From sequence record CP019900.1: 64,000 nucleotides of DNA. The stretch is one strand, 5' to 3'. Made by a program: the position numbers and the translations under genes. Source of the DNA: a plasmid. The notes under the pieces are model-generated. The model was not told the DNA's origin. It was given only the letters and a program-made list of their open reading frames with translations, and searched no databases. Shown piece by piece: positions 29,774-40,050 of this stretch. The first letter of the stretch is position 1. Each line of letters opens with the position of its first letter.

Positions 29774-29965
29774 ATGAAACTTGCACCACAAAGCCGCGAT
29801 ATCCTGCGACAGTACAAAGCCCTGATTAATGCCCGCCGCCGCGATGCCGGTCAGCGGGAACTGACCACTGCGCAGGTGATGGATGAAATCTGTGAATACA
29901 TGACCTGTCAGTGTGCCGTCTGTATTGGCGGCCATTTCATCCTTCAGGGGGGAAAGGAACGATAA
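29774..29965 (+). CDS. Hypothetical 63-aa protein
   Basis: AAGGAG SD. Confidence 0.4.
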   Translation: MKLAPQSRDILRQYKALINARRRDAGQRELTTAQVMDEICEYMTCQCAVCIGGHFILQGGKER

Positions 29966-30152
29966 ACCGCAGGGCAGGGGGGAACCTCTGCCGCTTCCGG
30001 CCGCGCGAAAACCCGGGCAGGCTGCGCCTGCCGGAGAGAGACGTCGCCGCGCCTCCGGCGCCGCGCACTCTCCTCTCCGTTGTCAGTCGCTGTTGCCCCC
30101 GAATACGCGTATTATCAGGGATATCTTCCTGTAAAGCAGACCGGTGATACAT

Positions 30153-30407
30153 ATGTCAAAGTGGAATATCGCCTCTTTTCCAAAAGAGGAGCAGGACAAC
30201 GTTGCCGTCGATAAGGGGGCCGCTGCCGTTGCCTGGCAGGAAAGGATGAATAAGCCTGTTGTGCCTGAGCTTGTTGAACGGGAACAGCCTGAACACCTGC
30301 GCGAATATTTCCATGAACGGCTCCGCGTACATCGACTGAACAGTCAGCAGCTGCCGCGCGCAAATGCACCCGAATATAATAAACCGGGCGATGATCAGCA
30401 GAATTGA
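30153..30407 (+). CDS. Hypothetical 84-aa protein
   Basis: ORF MSKWNIASF... Confidence 0.35.
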   Translation: MSKWNIASFPKEEQDNVAVDKGAAAVAWQERMNKPVVPELVEREQPEHLREYFHERLRVHRLNSQQLPRANAPEYNKPGDDQQN

Positions 30408-30527
30408 TTTTATTTCTCAGTATGTCCAGGGAGGGTAATCTGTGCGTATGTCTCTGATGTTTGCAGCCGTGACGCTTTTAACCGGTATTAACCTGTTTTT
30501 TATTCCGTTTCAGCCGGTACCGGCTCT

Positions 30528-30761
30528 GTGGGGGGGATCCTGGCCGTTGCCTTTATCCTGATTAATGTCGCGGCGGATAAACTGCGTCTCTGGAGTGGCG
30601 TTGCATGGATTATCGTTGCCGGCATCATCATAACGCTGATGCTGAAGGGGAAGGAGCCGGGTGACGAATTACGCGTGCTGATCACCGTTTTTGCTTTCCT
30701 GGCTTCTGCCTGGTACTGCGTTGTTCAGTACAGAAAAGAGAAGGGCGAATCTCAGTCCTGA
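30528..30761 (+). CDS. Small membrane protein (GTG start inside a G7 run); possibly the C-terminal part of a longer frameshifted ORF starting at 30448
   Basis: Two TM helices; the upstream 37-codon ORF would fuse if the run were G8. Confidence 0.35.
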   Translation: MGGILAVAFILINVAADKLRLWSGVAWIIVAGIIITLMLKGKEPGDELRVLITVFAFLASAWYCVVQYRKEKGESQS

Positions 30762-30824
30762 CCTGACCTGACCAGACCGGTACTCTCCATCTTGCTGCAG
30801 CTCTTCCTCTGTTTAACTTTCTTT

Positions 30825-31250
30825 TCACACAATCTGCACCGGGGCCACCTTCGGCTCCTGACCCGCTGGCGCGGTTCAGTCGTCGAGCCACACTCCGCTA
30901 ACCGCGAAAAGACGCGGTAAGCTCCGCCGAACCCGCCAGGCGGTTTCGGGCCTGCCGGCTAGTGTCTGATGTCTGAGGTCAACGGCAGCGCTTGCTGCGA
31001 CCGTTCCGGCCGCGCCGCTTTCACCGTGCCGGCGAAGGACTGCCGGCACTCTGCAGGGCAACGCCGTTTCGCGCCCGCGCGTTCCATCGTTGCGGCGGGT
31101 GCCTGCTCCTTTCCCCTGGTACCCGAATCACCCGTTTGAGTCCATTCGCCCGGGCTGACATAGCCACAACCTGTCGCATTGGCTGTCCAGGGTGTAATGA
31201 ACAGTCCACAAAACTTTTTGCATGGAACCGCAAAAACTTTTGTGTCCTGC
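30825..31250 (+). promoter_or_regulatory. Frpo-like ssDNA-promoter / ssi-type structured element, copy 1, upstream of ssb
   Basis: GC-rich, multiple perfect short hairpins (e.g. GTGCCGGC-N8-GCCGGCAC); ~90% identical direct repeat of 39640-40050. Confidence 0.5.
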
Positions 31251-31430
31251 CCCGGACAGATGCGTCAGGCCGTGGCGTCTTTGCCCTTGCGGCGAACGGC
31301 TCTCAAACGGGTGAAGGTAACAACCAAGGGGCAGGTTCAGCAGGTCCCCGCACAAAGTCAAAACCGCGGCCCCGGCAACTCAACGGGTGATGGTTTTTAA
31401 AGACAAAACAACAGAGTAAGGAGATTCATC

Positions 31431-31973
31431 ATGGCAGCACGTGGCGTTAACAAAGTCATTCTGGTCGGACATCTGGGACAGGAACCGGATGTGCGTTACA
31501 TGCCCAACGGGGGCGCAGTGGCCAATCTGACGCTGGCCACGTCTGAAACATGGCGTGACAAGCAGACGGGAGAGATGCGCGAAAACACCGAGTGGCACCG
31601 TGTTGTCATGTTCGGCAAGCTCGCGGAAGTGGCGGGCGAATACCTGCGTAAAGGCGCGCAGGTCTACATCGAGGGCCAGCTGCGCACCCGCAACTGGCAG
31701 GACGATGCCGGAGTCACGCGCTACGTCACCGAGGTGCTGGTCGGCCAGAACGGCACCCTGCAGATGCTCGGCGGCCGCCGTGAATCCGGTGTGCCTGAGA
31801 GCACTGCGCAGCCGCAGAGTCCTGCCGCCCCGGCACAACCTGCTCAGGCCACGGCTAAATCCCCGAAAGCGAAGGGCGGTAAGAAAGGCCGTCAGGATGC
31901 GGCTCCGTCTCAGCAACCGCCTCAGCCACTCCCGGATGATTTCCCACCAATGGATGATGACGCGCCCTTTTAA
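31431..31973 (+). CDS. ssb: Plasmid single-stranded DNA-binding protein Ssb
   Basis: OB-fold N-terminus ([32 protein letters not shown]), Gly/Pro/Gln-rich linker, C-terminal DDDAPF. Confidence 0.95.
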   Translation: MAARGVNKVILVGHLGQEPDVRYMPNGGAVANLTLATSETWRDKQTGEMRENTEWHRVVMFGKLAEVAGEYLRKGAQVYIEGQLRTRNWQDDAGVTRYVTEVLVGQNGTLQMLGGRRESGVPESTAQPQSPAAPAQPAQATAKSPKAKGGKKGRQDAAPSQQPPQPLPDDFPPMDDDAPF

Positions 31974-32022
31974 ACCATGATGAAGACGCCCCGTTCAGGC
32001 GGTGCAGAAAAGGAGAAACACA

Positions 32023-32269
32023 TGGACCATAACGTTTTGTCCCCGCTTGAATCCCTGCCGGATGGCACGTTTACCCGCGAGCAGGCTTAGGTAGTCGCAG
32101 CACAGTATCAGAATGTGGCGATTGAAGATGACCAGGGGACCCATTTTCGCCTTGTCGTCCGTCATCAGGATGACGGCAGCATGGTCTGGCGCGTCTGGAA
32201 TTTTGAACCGGGCGGCGAGGACCTGATGAACCGTTACATCCGGGACTACGGAGTACGCAAAACGAAGTA
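32023..32269 (+). pseudogene. Small conserved leading-region gene (DUF905/YubL-like, by recall) interrupted by an in-frame TAG at 32089-32091
   Basis: [45 protein letters not shown]... reads continuously in one frame through a single amber codon. Confidence 0.5.
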
Positions 32270-32339
32270 AGCAGTAAGAAGAAGGCCGGACAGGTGGGCT
32301 GTCCGGCAGACATTCATCAATAGCTAAGAGGTATCAATT

Positions 32340-34340
32340 ATGTCTGCAACAGAGTCTAAGGTAAAAACTGCACCGAAAACCAGCAAAAAAACGCTTAAGT
32401 CTGCCGAAGCTGAGGCGCTTAAAGTGGCTCTCGATGCCGCACAGGTCGAGTATGTCCCGGTGTCTGCACTGGTGAAGTCTCCCCTGAACGTCAGGACCAT
32501 TCCCTATCCGGCGGAGAAAGTCTGTTCAATGGCAGATTCCATTGAATCCATTGGCCTGTTGCAGAATCTGGTTGTGCATAACCTCCCGGACGGTCGCTGT
32601 GGTGTGGCTGCAGGTGGTCGTCGCCTGAAAGCGCTGCAGCTCCTGCAGAGTGAAAAACGTATCGATGCCGGATATCAGGTAATGGTGAAAAAGGTACCTG
32701 ATGAACTGGCTGTTGCGGCATCAATGGCAGAAAACGAACAGCAGATGGCCATGCATCCGGCAGAGCAAATCAGCGGGTTCCGCACCCTGTCAGAAGAGGG
32801 GAAAACCCCGGCGCAAATCGGGGACCTGCTGGGCTACAGTGCCCGTCACGTTCAGCGGATGCTGAAGCTGGCAAACCTCGCCCCGGAACTGATCACCCTG
32901 CTGGCAGAGGACAAACTCGACGTGGAGCAGTGTCAGGCCCTGAGTCTGGAGAGCGATCCGGCACGTCAGGTGCAGGTGTATGACCAGGTAAAAACCTCAT
33001 ACGGCAGTACTCCCGCTCACCTGCTGAAGCGGGCCATCACGGATACGGAAATCGCCGTAACCCACTCCCGCTTCGTGTTTATCGGCCGTGAAGCGTATGA
33101 GGCCGCCGGGGGCGTGGTGCGTGAGGATCTGTTCAGCGCCCAGGAGGGAGACGGAACGGCGAACGGGGTACTGGTTGAGCGTCTGGTTCAGGAGAAGCTG
33201 GCGGCGGCTGCGCTGGCCATCGAACAACAGGAAGGCTGGTCATGGTCACTGGCTCGTGAGGGATCCGTCAGAAACTACGGCGATGACCGCGAGCATTATC
33301 TGGTGCTGCCGGCGCCGGAGGGGGAATTCAGCGCTGAGGAGCTGCAGCGTCTTGATGAACTGTACGCCACGCTGGAGGCAACGGAAACCTTTGAGGATGA
33401 AGCCGCGATTCAGGTGCTGATTGATGAGATTGAAAATGCGGCATCGGTTCGGGCGTGGACACCGGAGCAGAAAGCGGCCTGTGGCGTGGTGGTCAGTCTG
33501 TATGACGGTGAGCTTTGCGTCCAGCGTGGTGTCCAGAAGAAGATCCAGACGGCGGTCTCTGACGTCGGGGAACACGGTGGCGATCAGGCTGCCGTACATG
33601 TGGTCACCCGCAGTATCCCGGATGCGGCAGAGGGCATCAGCGTGCCGTTGCTGAAAAAAATGTCTTCAGAAAGGACACTGGCGGTTCAGGCCGAACTGGT
33701 TAAGCAGCCACAGAAAGCCGTGGCCCTGATGGTCTGGCGGCTGTGCAGTTGCGTGTTTGACTACTGCACCACCACCCGGCATCCGTTTGTCCTGCGCCTT
33801 GAGGTGCATCACAGCGGCCTGACCAGTGAAGCCCCGACCGGAGAGGAAGGTCAGGCATGGCGGTATCTGATGCAGGAGAAAGCCCGTCTGGAAGCCCTGC
33901 TGCCGGAGGGGTGGCAGAAGGATTTCACCACCTTCTTTACCCTCGACGGACAGACCCTGATGTCGCTGATGGCCTTCTGTACTGCCTGTTCCGTCGACGG
34001 TGTCCAGACCCGTGAATGTGGACATACCCGCCGCAGTGACCTCGATGGCGTGGAGGCGGCGCTGGGATTTCATCTGCGCGACTGGTGGCAGCCGACAGCG
34101 GATAACTTCCTCGGGCTGCTCAGCAAGGCCCAGATTGTGGCGGCGCTGAAGGAGGCCGGGCTGACCGGAGCCGCCTCGGATGCCGAAAAAATGAAGAAGG
34201 GTGATGCTGCCAGCCATGCTGAACAGTGGCTCTCCGGCTCCCGCTGGGTACCGGGCTGGATGCAGTCCCCGGATGCCGCAAAGCCGGACGATGCACATGC
34301 TGCCCCGGACACTGACGAACCGACTTCACACGCTGCCTGA
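32340..34340 (+). CDS. ParB-like nuclease domain protein (YubM-like, large leading-region ParB homologue)
   Basis: N-terminal ParB/Srx domain ([21 protein letters not shown]); 666 aa. Confidence 0.8.
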   Translation: MSATESKVKTAPKTSKKTLKSAEAEALKVALDAAQVEYVPVSALVKSPLNVRTIPYPAEKVCSMADSIESIGLLQNLVVHNLPDGRCGVAAGGRRLKALQLLQSEKRIDAGYQVMVKKVPDELAVAASMAENEQQMAMHPAEQISGFRTLSEEGKTPAQIGDLLGYSARHVQRMLKLANLAPELITLLAEDKLDVEQCQALSLESDPARQVQVYDQVKTSYGSTPAHLLKRAITDTEIAVTHSRFVFIGREAYEAAGGVVREDLFSAQEGDGTANGVLVERLVQEKLAAAALAIEQQEGWSWSLAREGSVRNYGDDREHYLVLPAPEGEFSAEELQRLDELYATLEATETFEDEAAIQVLIDEIENAASVRAWTPEQKAACGVVVSLYDGELCVQRGVQKKIQTAVSDVGEHGGDQAAVHVVTRSIPDAAEGISVPLLKKMSSERTLAVQAELVKQPQKAVALMVWRLCSCVFDYCTTTRHPFVLRLEVHHSGLTSEAPTGEEGQAWRYLMQEKARLEALLPEGWQKDFTTFFTLDGQTLMSLMAFCTACSVDGVQTRECGHTRRSDLDGVEAALGFHLRDWWQPTADNFLGLLSKAQIVAALKEAGLTGAASDAEKMKKGDAASHAEQWLSGSRWVPGWMQSPDAAKPDDAHAAPDTDEPTSHAA

Positions 34341-34384
34341 TAACGGAGACGCCGCCCTGCGGGGCGGCGATAAGGAGACTGAAA

Positions 34385-34816
34385 ATGAAAACGTTACTGA
34401 CTCTGGATGTTCTGAAAACCATGTCCATCGATGAGCTGGAAGATTACCGCGCTGCCGGTGAAGATTTCCGCCGTGAGCTGACCCATGCTGTGATGCGTGT
34501 TCTGCATCTGCCGTCAGGCTGGTCCGTGAACGGTGAATATCGCAGTGAGTTTGGCGGTTTTTTCCCGGTTCAGATCCGCTTTTCTCCGGCCCATTGCCAT
34601 TTTGATGTCGCTGTCTGCAGCCCCGGCGAGTTGAGTGAACGCTGGATGGTCGTCTTTGTGACACGTGGTGGCCAGCCGTTCTCTGTTGTTCGCAGCATGG
34701 AAGAATTTAACCCGGAGTTGATCTCCCACACGCTGGCATTGATAGCGTGTCTCGATACTGACGGATATTCCTGCGCCAGCATCATCAGCACACTGTCACA
34801 GGAGGGCGCACAATGA
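34385..34816 (+). CDS. psiB: PsiB, plasmid SOS-inhibition protein
   Basis: Strong similarity to F PsiB ([25 protein letters not shown]). Confidence 0.9.
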   Translation: MKTLLTLDVLKTMSIDELEDYRAAGEDFRRELTHAVMRVLHLPSGWSVNGEYRSEFGGFFPVQIRFSPAHCHFDVAVCSPGELSERWMVVFVTRGGQPFSVVRSMEEFNPELISHTLALIACLDTDGYSCASIISTLSQEGAQ

Positions 34817-35544
34817 TCCCGTCATCCAGTGCTCTTGTCTCCCTGAAGCCAGCCCGTCAGGCAGCGCTGCAGGCCATCATGACGGTGGAAGAGGCTCGCC
34901 AGCGTGGCGCACGTCTGCCATCGATGCCACACGTCCGGACATTCCTGCGCCTGCTGACAGGCTGCAGCCGGATTAACAGTGACGTTGCCCGCCGCATCCC
35001 TGGCCTTCACCGTGATCCAAAAGACCGCCTTTCCAGCCTGAAACAGGTGGAAGAGGCGCTGGATATGCTTATCTCCAGCCACGGGGAATACTGTCCGCTG
35101 CCGCTGACAATGGATGTGCAGGCTGAACTGTTTCCGGAAGTCCTTCATACCCGGACAATACGCAGGCTGAAACGTCAGGACATTGCCTTCACCCGGAAAA
35201 TGCGCCGTGAAGCCCGTCAGGTCGAGCAGTCCTGGTTACTGCGTCAGAACCTGCTGGGACAGGCTGTCACAGAACTGAATTTTCAGTCACCGGAAACGGT
35301 CATCAGCTGGTACCGCCGGTGGATCGATGAGTTTGACGCGAGTGAGCTGGAACCGGCCTTCTGGCGCTGGCAGACGCGATTCGCTTCACTCAGGGAGCTG
35401 GTCTGGCTGCGTTACAGTCATGCACCATTGTATGAGGTGATGCATGAAATCAGTTTTATCGTCAGGAGATCCGGGGAACACATTCTGGAGCGCGAACGCT
35501 GGCTGGTTCCCAACAAACTTGAGTTGCGGGAGAGAAAACGATGA
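34813..35544 (+). CDS. psiA: PsiA
   Basis: Position overlapping the psiB stop; length and weak similarity to PsiA. Confidence 0.7.
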   Translation: MIPSSSALVSLKPARQAALQAIMTVEEARQRGARLPSMPHVRTFLRLLTGCSRINSDVARRIPGLHRDPKDRLSSLKQVEEALDMLISSHGEYCPLPLTMDVQAELFPEVLHTRTIRRLKRQDIAFTRKMRREARQVEQSWLLRQNLLGQAVTELNFQSPETVISWYRRWIDEFDASELEPAFWRWQTRFASLRELVWLRYSHAPLYEVMHEISFIVRRSGEHILERERWLVPNKLELRERKR

Positions 35545-35768
35545 GAAATAACCCCTGCAAAACGGAGCTGAAGGTGGCCCGCAGCCAGCGCAATAAACTG
35601 CATACCATCTCTTCCCGACTTAAAGAAATGACCTGCGAATGGGACGGCTTGAGTGGCTGGCTGGAAACAGAAACAGAGCGGCTGGTTGAATATGTCGATC
35701 AGCATATTCAGGCGCTGGATGAACAAATCAGCGACTGGTCTGCAGGAAACAGCGACAGGGAGTTCTGA
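35541..35768 (+). CDS. Hypothetical 75-aa protein
   Basis: Coupled to the psiA stop. Confidence 0.35.
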   Translation: MRNNPCKTELKVARSQRNKLHTISSRLKEMTCEWDGLSGWLETETERLVEYVDQHIQALDEQISDWSAGNSDREF

Positions 35769-36007
35769 TGAGTATTGTCAGCCGGAAGTTTGATCGGAAG
35801 GATGTGGGAACGGTATTTCGCCATGCGGTCACAGGAAAAGTATTGTGCCGTCTGGAGGTCAAGCTGACTTCAGAAGACAGGGAAGAGTTACTGTCCTTAA
35901 TCAGTCTGGTGTATCGCGCCGGAGAGAACGCCGGTAGTGAACAACGGGCGGCTGAAATCAGGCAGGCGCTGGGTTTACAGAGAGAAAACGAGTCAGGAGG
36001 TGTTTGA
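35768..36007 (+). CDS. Hypothetical 79-aa protein
   Basis: Coupled ORF. Confidence 0.35.
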   Translation: MSIVSRKFDRKDVGTVFRHAVTGKVLCRLEVKLTSEDREELLSLISLVYRAGENAGSEQRAAEIRQALGLQRENESGGV

Positions 36008-36039
36008 GGATATATTCAGTTATCAGACTGTTAGTCCTG

Positions 36040-36223
36040 GGTGGATTCGATACGACAGGGTATAATGACGTCGGCGCTTGAGGCTTTTTGCCTCATGACG
36101 TAAAGGTGGTTTGTTACCGTGTTGTGTGGCAGAAAGCAGAAAGCCCCGTAGTTAATTTTCATTAACCCACGAGGCCCACTGAATGTCTAGTCAACACCAG
36201 TATGGCCTCTTACCGTGCAATTT
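36040..36223 (+). other. 5' part of a hok/sok (flm-type) locus: hok mRNA leader, mok start (ATGTCTAGTCAACACCAG...), and the sok antisense region; separated from hok by an IS insertion
   Basis: GCAGAAAGCCCCGTAGTTAATTTTCATTAACCCACGAGGCCC...CAAGGAGG resembles the conserved hok/flmA upstream region; AGGAGG duplicated at the IS ends. Confidence 0.6.
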
Positions 36224-37270
36224 GCAAGGAGGTGTATGGGTCCACCACATATTGCAATTTTTACTCTCACGTAAAATATAGTCCACTGGCGTCATCAGTT
36301 CGAGTGATTTATGTGGCCTTTTGCTGTTATACAGCACCAGATATTCAGCCATTCTTTGATTAAACAAATTCAGGTCCTCAAAAAGCAACAATTCATTGAA
36401 TTCAATAAATTGTTCTCTAAGTGTCCGGTTAAATCGCTCACAGGTCGCATTCATTTTCGGTGTGTACGGATAGGTCCAGATGTGTTTAATCGAGGCTTCC
36501 TGTAGCGTTTTATCAAAGTTACCGAGGAACTCCTTACCGTTGTCAGTGACAACTTGTCTGATAGCGACAGGAAAGAGCTTTGTGGCCTTGCTGAAGAAAT
36601 GGCTGGTAATATCGCTGTTGAGTGAAGGGACCGCCAGGGCCAGCGCATAGTCGCTGTGCTCGTCGATCATGGTAATGATATAGCGGCGTAGGTCCCCCAT
36701 CCTGAGTTCAATCGCGTCCATCCCTATGAGTTCGCCTGTTTTTACCGGGCGGTATTGTTTTGGTCTTCTGGGCTTCACTGAGCGTTTTTTTATCAACCGG
36801 GCTTTGCCCCTGGCGCTGAGGCGTACGGGGATCATCCGCATTTTATCGTGAGCACCAGCAATGATTCTTCCAATGGTTGACGTGCTGGGACAGGTAAAAT
36901 GCCGCGCTTCACACCATGGTTTCAGCCTGACAAAAATCTGCTCTTTGCCGAGATTGGGTAACTCAGTTCTCAGACGCCTGATCTCCTTGAGTACATCAGG
37001 ATGCCAGTGCCTTGAACGGCGAACCAGAGGGGCTTTGCTTCTTGGAATTAGTGCTTCTGGACCACCGGTGCGCAGTAACCGGCGCCACCAGTAGAGTGTT
37101 CGCGTTGATACGTCAAAAGCATCAGCTGCGGCACGGATCCCGTGCTTATCCCAGAAGTTCAGAGCCTTCATTCTTAACTTCGCAATCTCGGGCATAAGAG
37201 AGTGTTTCATCGCATAAGCAGTTGCTCGGTAATACCCAAAATAGCCGACACCGATATGCTGCATCAACAT
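36191..37270 (-). CDS. IS481-family DDE transposase; ORF has no stop inside the IS and reads through the IR into flanking DNA (last ~11 codons)
   Basis: rve core (IGMDAIE, VTDNGKEF, CERFNRTL); stop at 36191 lies outside the IS end at 36224. Confidence 0.8.
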   Translation of the reverse strand: MLMQHIGVGYFGYYRATAYAMKHSLMPEIAKLRMKALNFWDKHGIRAAADAFDVSTRTLYWWRRLLRTGGPEALIPRSKAPLVRRSRHWHPDVLKEIRRLRTELPNLGKEQIFVRLKPWCEARHFTCPSTSTIGRIIAGAHDKMRMIPVRLSARGKARLIKKRSVKPRRPKQYRPVKTGELIGMDAIELRMGDLRRYIITMIDEHSDYALALAVPSLNSDITSHFFSKATKLFPVAIRQVVTDNGKEFLGNFDKTLQEASIKHIWTYPYTPKMNATCERFNRTLREQFIEFNELLLFEDLNLFNQRMAEYLVLYNSKRPHKSLELMTPVDYILRESKNCNMWWTHTPPCKLHGKRPYWC

Positions 37271-37323
37271 CTGGCAATCCCTCCTTTAGTGTTCTGAGGC
37301 AATTGCAATATCTGTGTGAACTT
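36224..37323 (-). mobile_element. IS481-family IS (~1100 bp); IRs TGTATGGGTCCACCACATATTGCAATT / complement of TGTAAGTTCACACAGATATTGCAATTG; 6-bp TSD AGGAGG
   Basis: IR alignment and flanking direct repeats read from the sequence; single DDE ORF. Confidence 0.7.
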
Positions 37324-37339
37324 ACACAGGAGGAGTAAA

Positions 37340-37501
37340 CCATGAAACTACCGCGAAACGCCCTGGTCTGGTGCGTATTAATCGTGTGTTTAACGCTCTT
37401 GATATTCACATGCCTGACCCGGAACCGCTTATGCGAAGTCCGGCTAAAGGACGGGAACAGGGAGGTCGCGGCAAGCCTGGCTTACGAATCCAACGGTAAG
37501 T
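37340..37501 (+). CDS. hok: Hok/Gef-family membrane toxin (53 aa)
   Basis: [53 protein letters not shown] matches the Hok family. Confidence 0.9.
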
Positions 37502-37510
37502 AGCAACCTG

Positions 37511-37532
37511 AAGGCGGGGGAAACCCCGCCTT
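37511..37532 (+). terminator. hok mRNA 3' stem-loop GGCGGGGG-AAA-CCCCGCC-TTTT
   Basis: Perfect stem plus T-run 10 nt after the hok stop. Confidence 0.7.
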
Positions 37533-37699
37533 TTCAGGGCTGCGTTGGTCTGACATGCCTGAAGCGCCTTTATGAAGGGGTTACCGTTCGCCGGTAGCCC
37601 CTTTTTCCTTCCCGACGCGACCGCATGCCTTAACTTCCGGGAAGGGCCGTTCCCCTGTGAGGAACGGAGCAGGCCGATAGCAGCTCTTCCCTCCCGCTA

Positions 37700-37742
37700 T
37701 TTGTATTAATGCTAATGTACGCATCCATTAGCTATTACCGGG
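37700..37742. repeat. Left arm of a ~40-bp imperfect inverted repeat (ATTAATGCTAATGTACGCATCCATTAGC...) bracketing the 37747-38241 ORF
   Basis: Reverse complement of 38242-38285. Confidence 0.7.
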
Positions 37743-37746
37743 AAGG

Positions 37747-38241
37747 TTATTTTTCCCTGTTCCGTGCTGCACGGATGCCTGTCTGATAGTGCTTTTTCAC
37801 ACTTGCAATATCACTCAGGGTGGAGGCCTGACAGGAGTATGCGGCAAGACGGTAGCGGGAAGCTATTTCATCCAGGATGGCAGGCGTATTATCGCGGCTG
37901 CGGTGCTGGCGACCCTTCTGCCCAAAAGTGGCAACAATTATGTCCTGGCCACCCGAGCGGCCGAAAAGGCGCATACAAAGGCGCTTTACAATAAGCGGGG
38001 TTAAGTCCAGATCGATGCTGTCAGCTATCTCAAAAATAAAACTCAGCATCCGGTACGTTTTATAGCGCTTAACTGCTGCGCTGAGGCGTGCGGCTCGCTG
38101 AGGCAGTTCCCACGAATCATCAGAATAACGCTGCAGTTCAGCCTGATAATCCCGGGTCAGATGTTCGATTGTGTACGTAAAGTTGCGGTAAAAGTAAGCG
38201 CGAGACTGTTCAGTCCGGGATTCCTGAGCCATTTTATGCAC
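37747..38241 (-). CDS. Hypothetical 164-aa protein bracketed by long inverted repeats
   Basis: ORF fills the space between the IR arms. Confidence 0.5.
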   Translation of the reverse strand: MHKMAQESRTEQSRAYFYRNFTYTIEHLTRDYQAELQRYSDDSWELPQRAARLSAAVKRYKTYRMLSFIFEIADSIDLDLTPLIVKRLCMRLFGRSGGQDIIVATFGQKGRQHRSRDNTPAILDEIASRYRLAAYSCQASTLSDIASVKKHYQTGIRAARNREK

Positions 38242-38285
38242 CGGTTATTGATGCTAATGGATGCGTACATCAGCATTAATAGCTA
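38242..38285. repeat. Right arm of the inverted repeat
   Basis: GATGCTAATGGATGCGTACATCAGCATTAAT. Confidence 0.7.
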
Positions 38286-38421
38286 TTGCGCTCAAATTTT
38301 ACTCTTCTTGCTTGATTGTGTATGACTTCTGTCATACAGTTGTCTGTGTAATGAACAGCAGTGAATCCACTTAACTCAGAGAGGCGAAGCGCAGTCGCGG
38401 GTGAGCCAAAGGAGAGCCAGC

Positions 38422-38694
38422 ATGAACTTCACGTTAAAATCCCGTAAAACCGGCGAAATTTTCAGTTTTTACGCACCCGACAGTGGTGGCTATGTTCACC
38501 TGGAGTCCCCGGGACGCCCTGGTAGCACCGGTGCTCAGATTTGCCGTGGGGGAGGGTTTATGGGGAGTACGCTTTTCTGTGACGCTTCTGAGGACGATCT
38601 GGCCAGTGTTGCCCGTAAATGGTACCGACAGTTCGTGAGGGAGCGGCGCAAATTCTTAATGATGTCGGGCCAGTATTCTGAGGACCTACTATGA
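38422..38694 (+). CDS. Hypothetical 90-aa protein (leading region)
   Basis: GGAGAG SD before MNFTLKS. Confidence 0.45.
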   Translation: MNFTLKSRKTGEIFSFYAPDSGGYVHLESPGRPGSTGAQICRGGGFMGSTLFCDASEDDLASVARKWYRQFVRERRKFLMMSGQYSEDLL

Positions 38695-39041
38695 AAAAAG
38701 AGATCTCCCGCAACCCCTCTTTCACGCCTTCGCCCAAGCTGCGAGCACATCTGAACTCCCACAGGGAAGGGGTGACTGAACGGCTGAATAATATCTTTGA
38801 TCGCTATGCGCATCTGGTTCGCGCCTGTGCCCTTCCTCTCGATGACGAAGAAACACAGGTTCTGCTTAATGTGCTGAATGGCTCCGTTGTGGAACCCGCC
38901 TATATTGAATATCTGGCTCAGGAAATCCGGGACTCGGATTACTATCTGGAGGGGATACCCGCGGCTGAATCACTGTATGAAAAGTGCCTGTCAGCGACCT
39001 ATCCACAACTACTGGCCACCGTCGAGCGGCTCGATCGCTGA
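38691..39041 (+). CDS. Hypothetical 116-aa protein
   Basis: Coupled to the upstream gene. Confidence 0.45.
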   Translation: MKKEISRNPSFTPSPKLRAHLNSHREGVTERLNNIFDRYAHLVRACALPLDDEETQVLLNVLNGSVVEPAYIEYLAQEIRDSDYYLEGIPAAESLYEKCLSATYPQLLATVERLDR

Positions 39042-39055
39042 AGAAGGTAAAACCA

Positions 39056-39373
39056 ATGGGTTACGTACTTTCCTGCAGACAACTTACGGCTAATCTTAAG
39101 ATGATTGCCGGGGCGATTGGCTGCCTCAACAGGAACGATGTTGCACAAATTATCAGCCTGGGCGGTGTTCCATGTTCAAAAAGCCGGGCCGACTCGATAA
39201 TCCGCAGTGCCGGGGCGGAAAAAAATGCATCCGGTAATTCTCATCTTCGCGGAGCCAGAATAAACCGATCCGCAGATGTCACACCGGAAGAATTCAATGC
39301 GTTTTGTGCAGGGCTGAAAGCATTTCTTGTCTCGTTTGAAACGAATAATCTGAGTGAAAACAATGATAAGTAA
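39056..39373 (+). CDS. Hypothetical 105-aa protein
   Basis: ORF MGYVLSCRQ... Confidence 0.4.
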   Translation: MGYVLSCRQLTANLKMIAGAIGCLNRNDVAQIISLGGVPCSKSRADSIIRSAGAEKNASGNSHLRGARINRSADVTPEEFNAFCAGLKAFLVSFETNNLSENNDK

Positions 39374-39639
39374 GCTCCTGACCTGTCTGTGCTCCGGACA
39401 ACTGCAGTTTCAGGAATTAATAAATCCTTATATATGGCAGTGTTAATTTTGTGACTCGGATCATAACATTCAGCCCGGTTATTGTGCTGTAAGTGTAGGC
39501 ATATATTGATATATCTCGATTCGCCCGTTGGATCAGCCCGTGATTTCCCTGCGGGCTTTTGTTCTGATACTCCCCCGTTCCTTCCTGTGATGGTTTTCTT
39601 TCCTGCTGTGTCCCTTTAAAACCTGAAAAGGCTTAAAAG

Positions 39640-40050
39640 CACACCCACACTGGACACCTTCGGCTCCCGGCCAGCTGCGCTGTCCAGTCGTCGAGCCACA
39701 CTCCGCTAACCGCGAAAAGACGCGGTAAGCTCCGCCGAACCCGCCAGGCGGTTTCGGGCCTGACGGCTAGTGTCTGATGTCTGAGGTCAGGGTCAACGGC
39801 AGCGCTTGCTGCGACCGTCCCGGCCGCGCCGCTTTCACCGTGCCGGCGAAGGACTGCCGGCACTCTGATGGCGCCACGCCGTTCCGTCGTGTCGGGTGTG
39901 TTCATTCTCATCCCTTCCCCTGGTGAGTCATCTCTCGTCCGTTCCCCGGCGAAGGGCTGGTCGTAGCACCGTCGTGTCGTCATCCGAAGGGTAAAATGAA
40001 CGCCGCCAAAACTTTTTGCCAGGGACCGCAAAAACTTTTGTCTGCGCCCT
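39640..40050 (+). promoter_or_regulatory. Frpo-like ssDNA-promoter element, copy 2 (direct repeat of 30825-31250)
   Basis: ~230 bp near-identical core plus the shared AAAACTTTTTGC...CCGCAAAAACTTTTGT motif. Confidence 0.5.

Noticed and set aside
30992-31400. ORFs 30992-31390(+), 31021-31233(-), 31128-31361(-), 31179-31400(+)
   Set aside because: They fall inside the Frpo-like repeat element upstream of ssb, which is duplicated at 39.6-40.1 kb where the frames are not conserved.
31555-31980. 141-aa alternative-frame ORF overlapping ssb
   Set aside because: The ssb frame is unambiguous (OB fold plus DDDAPF tail); the overlap is a frame artefact of the Gly/Pro/Gln-rich linker.
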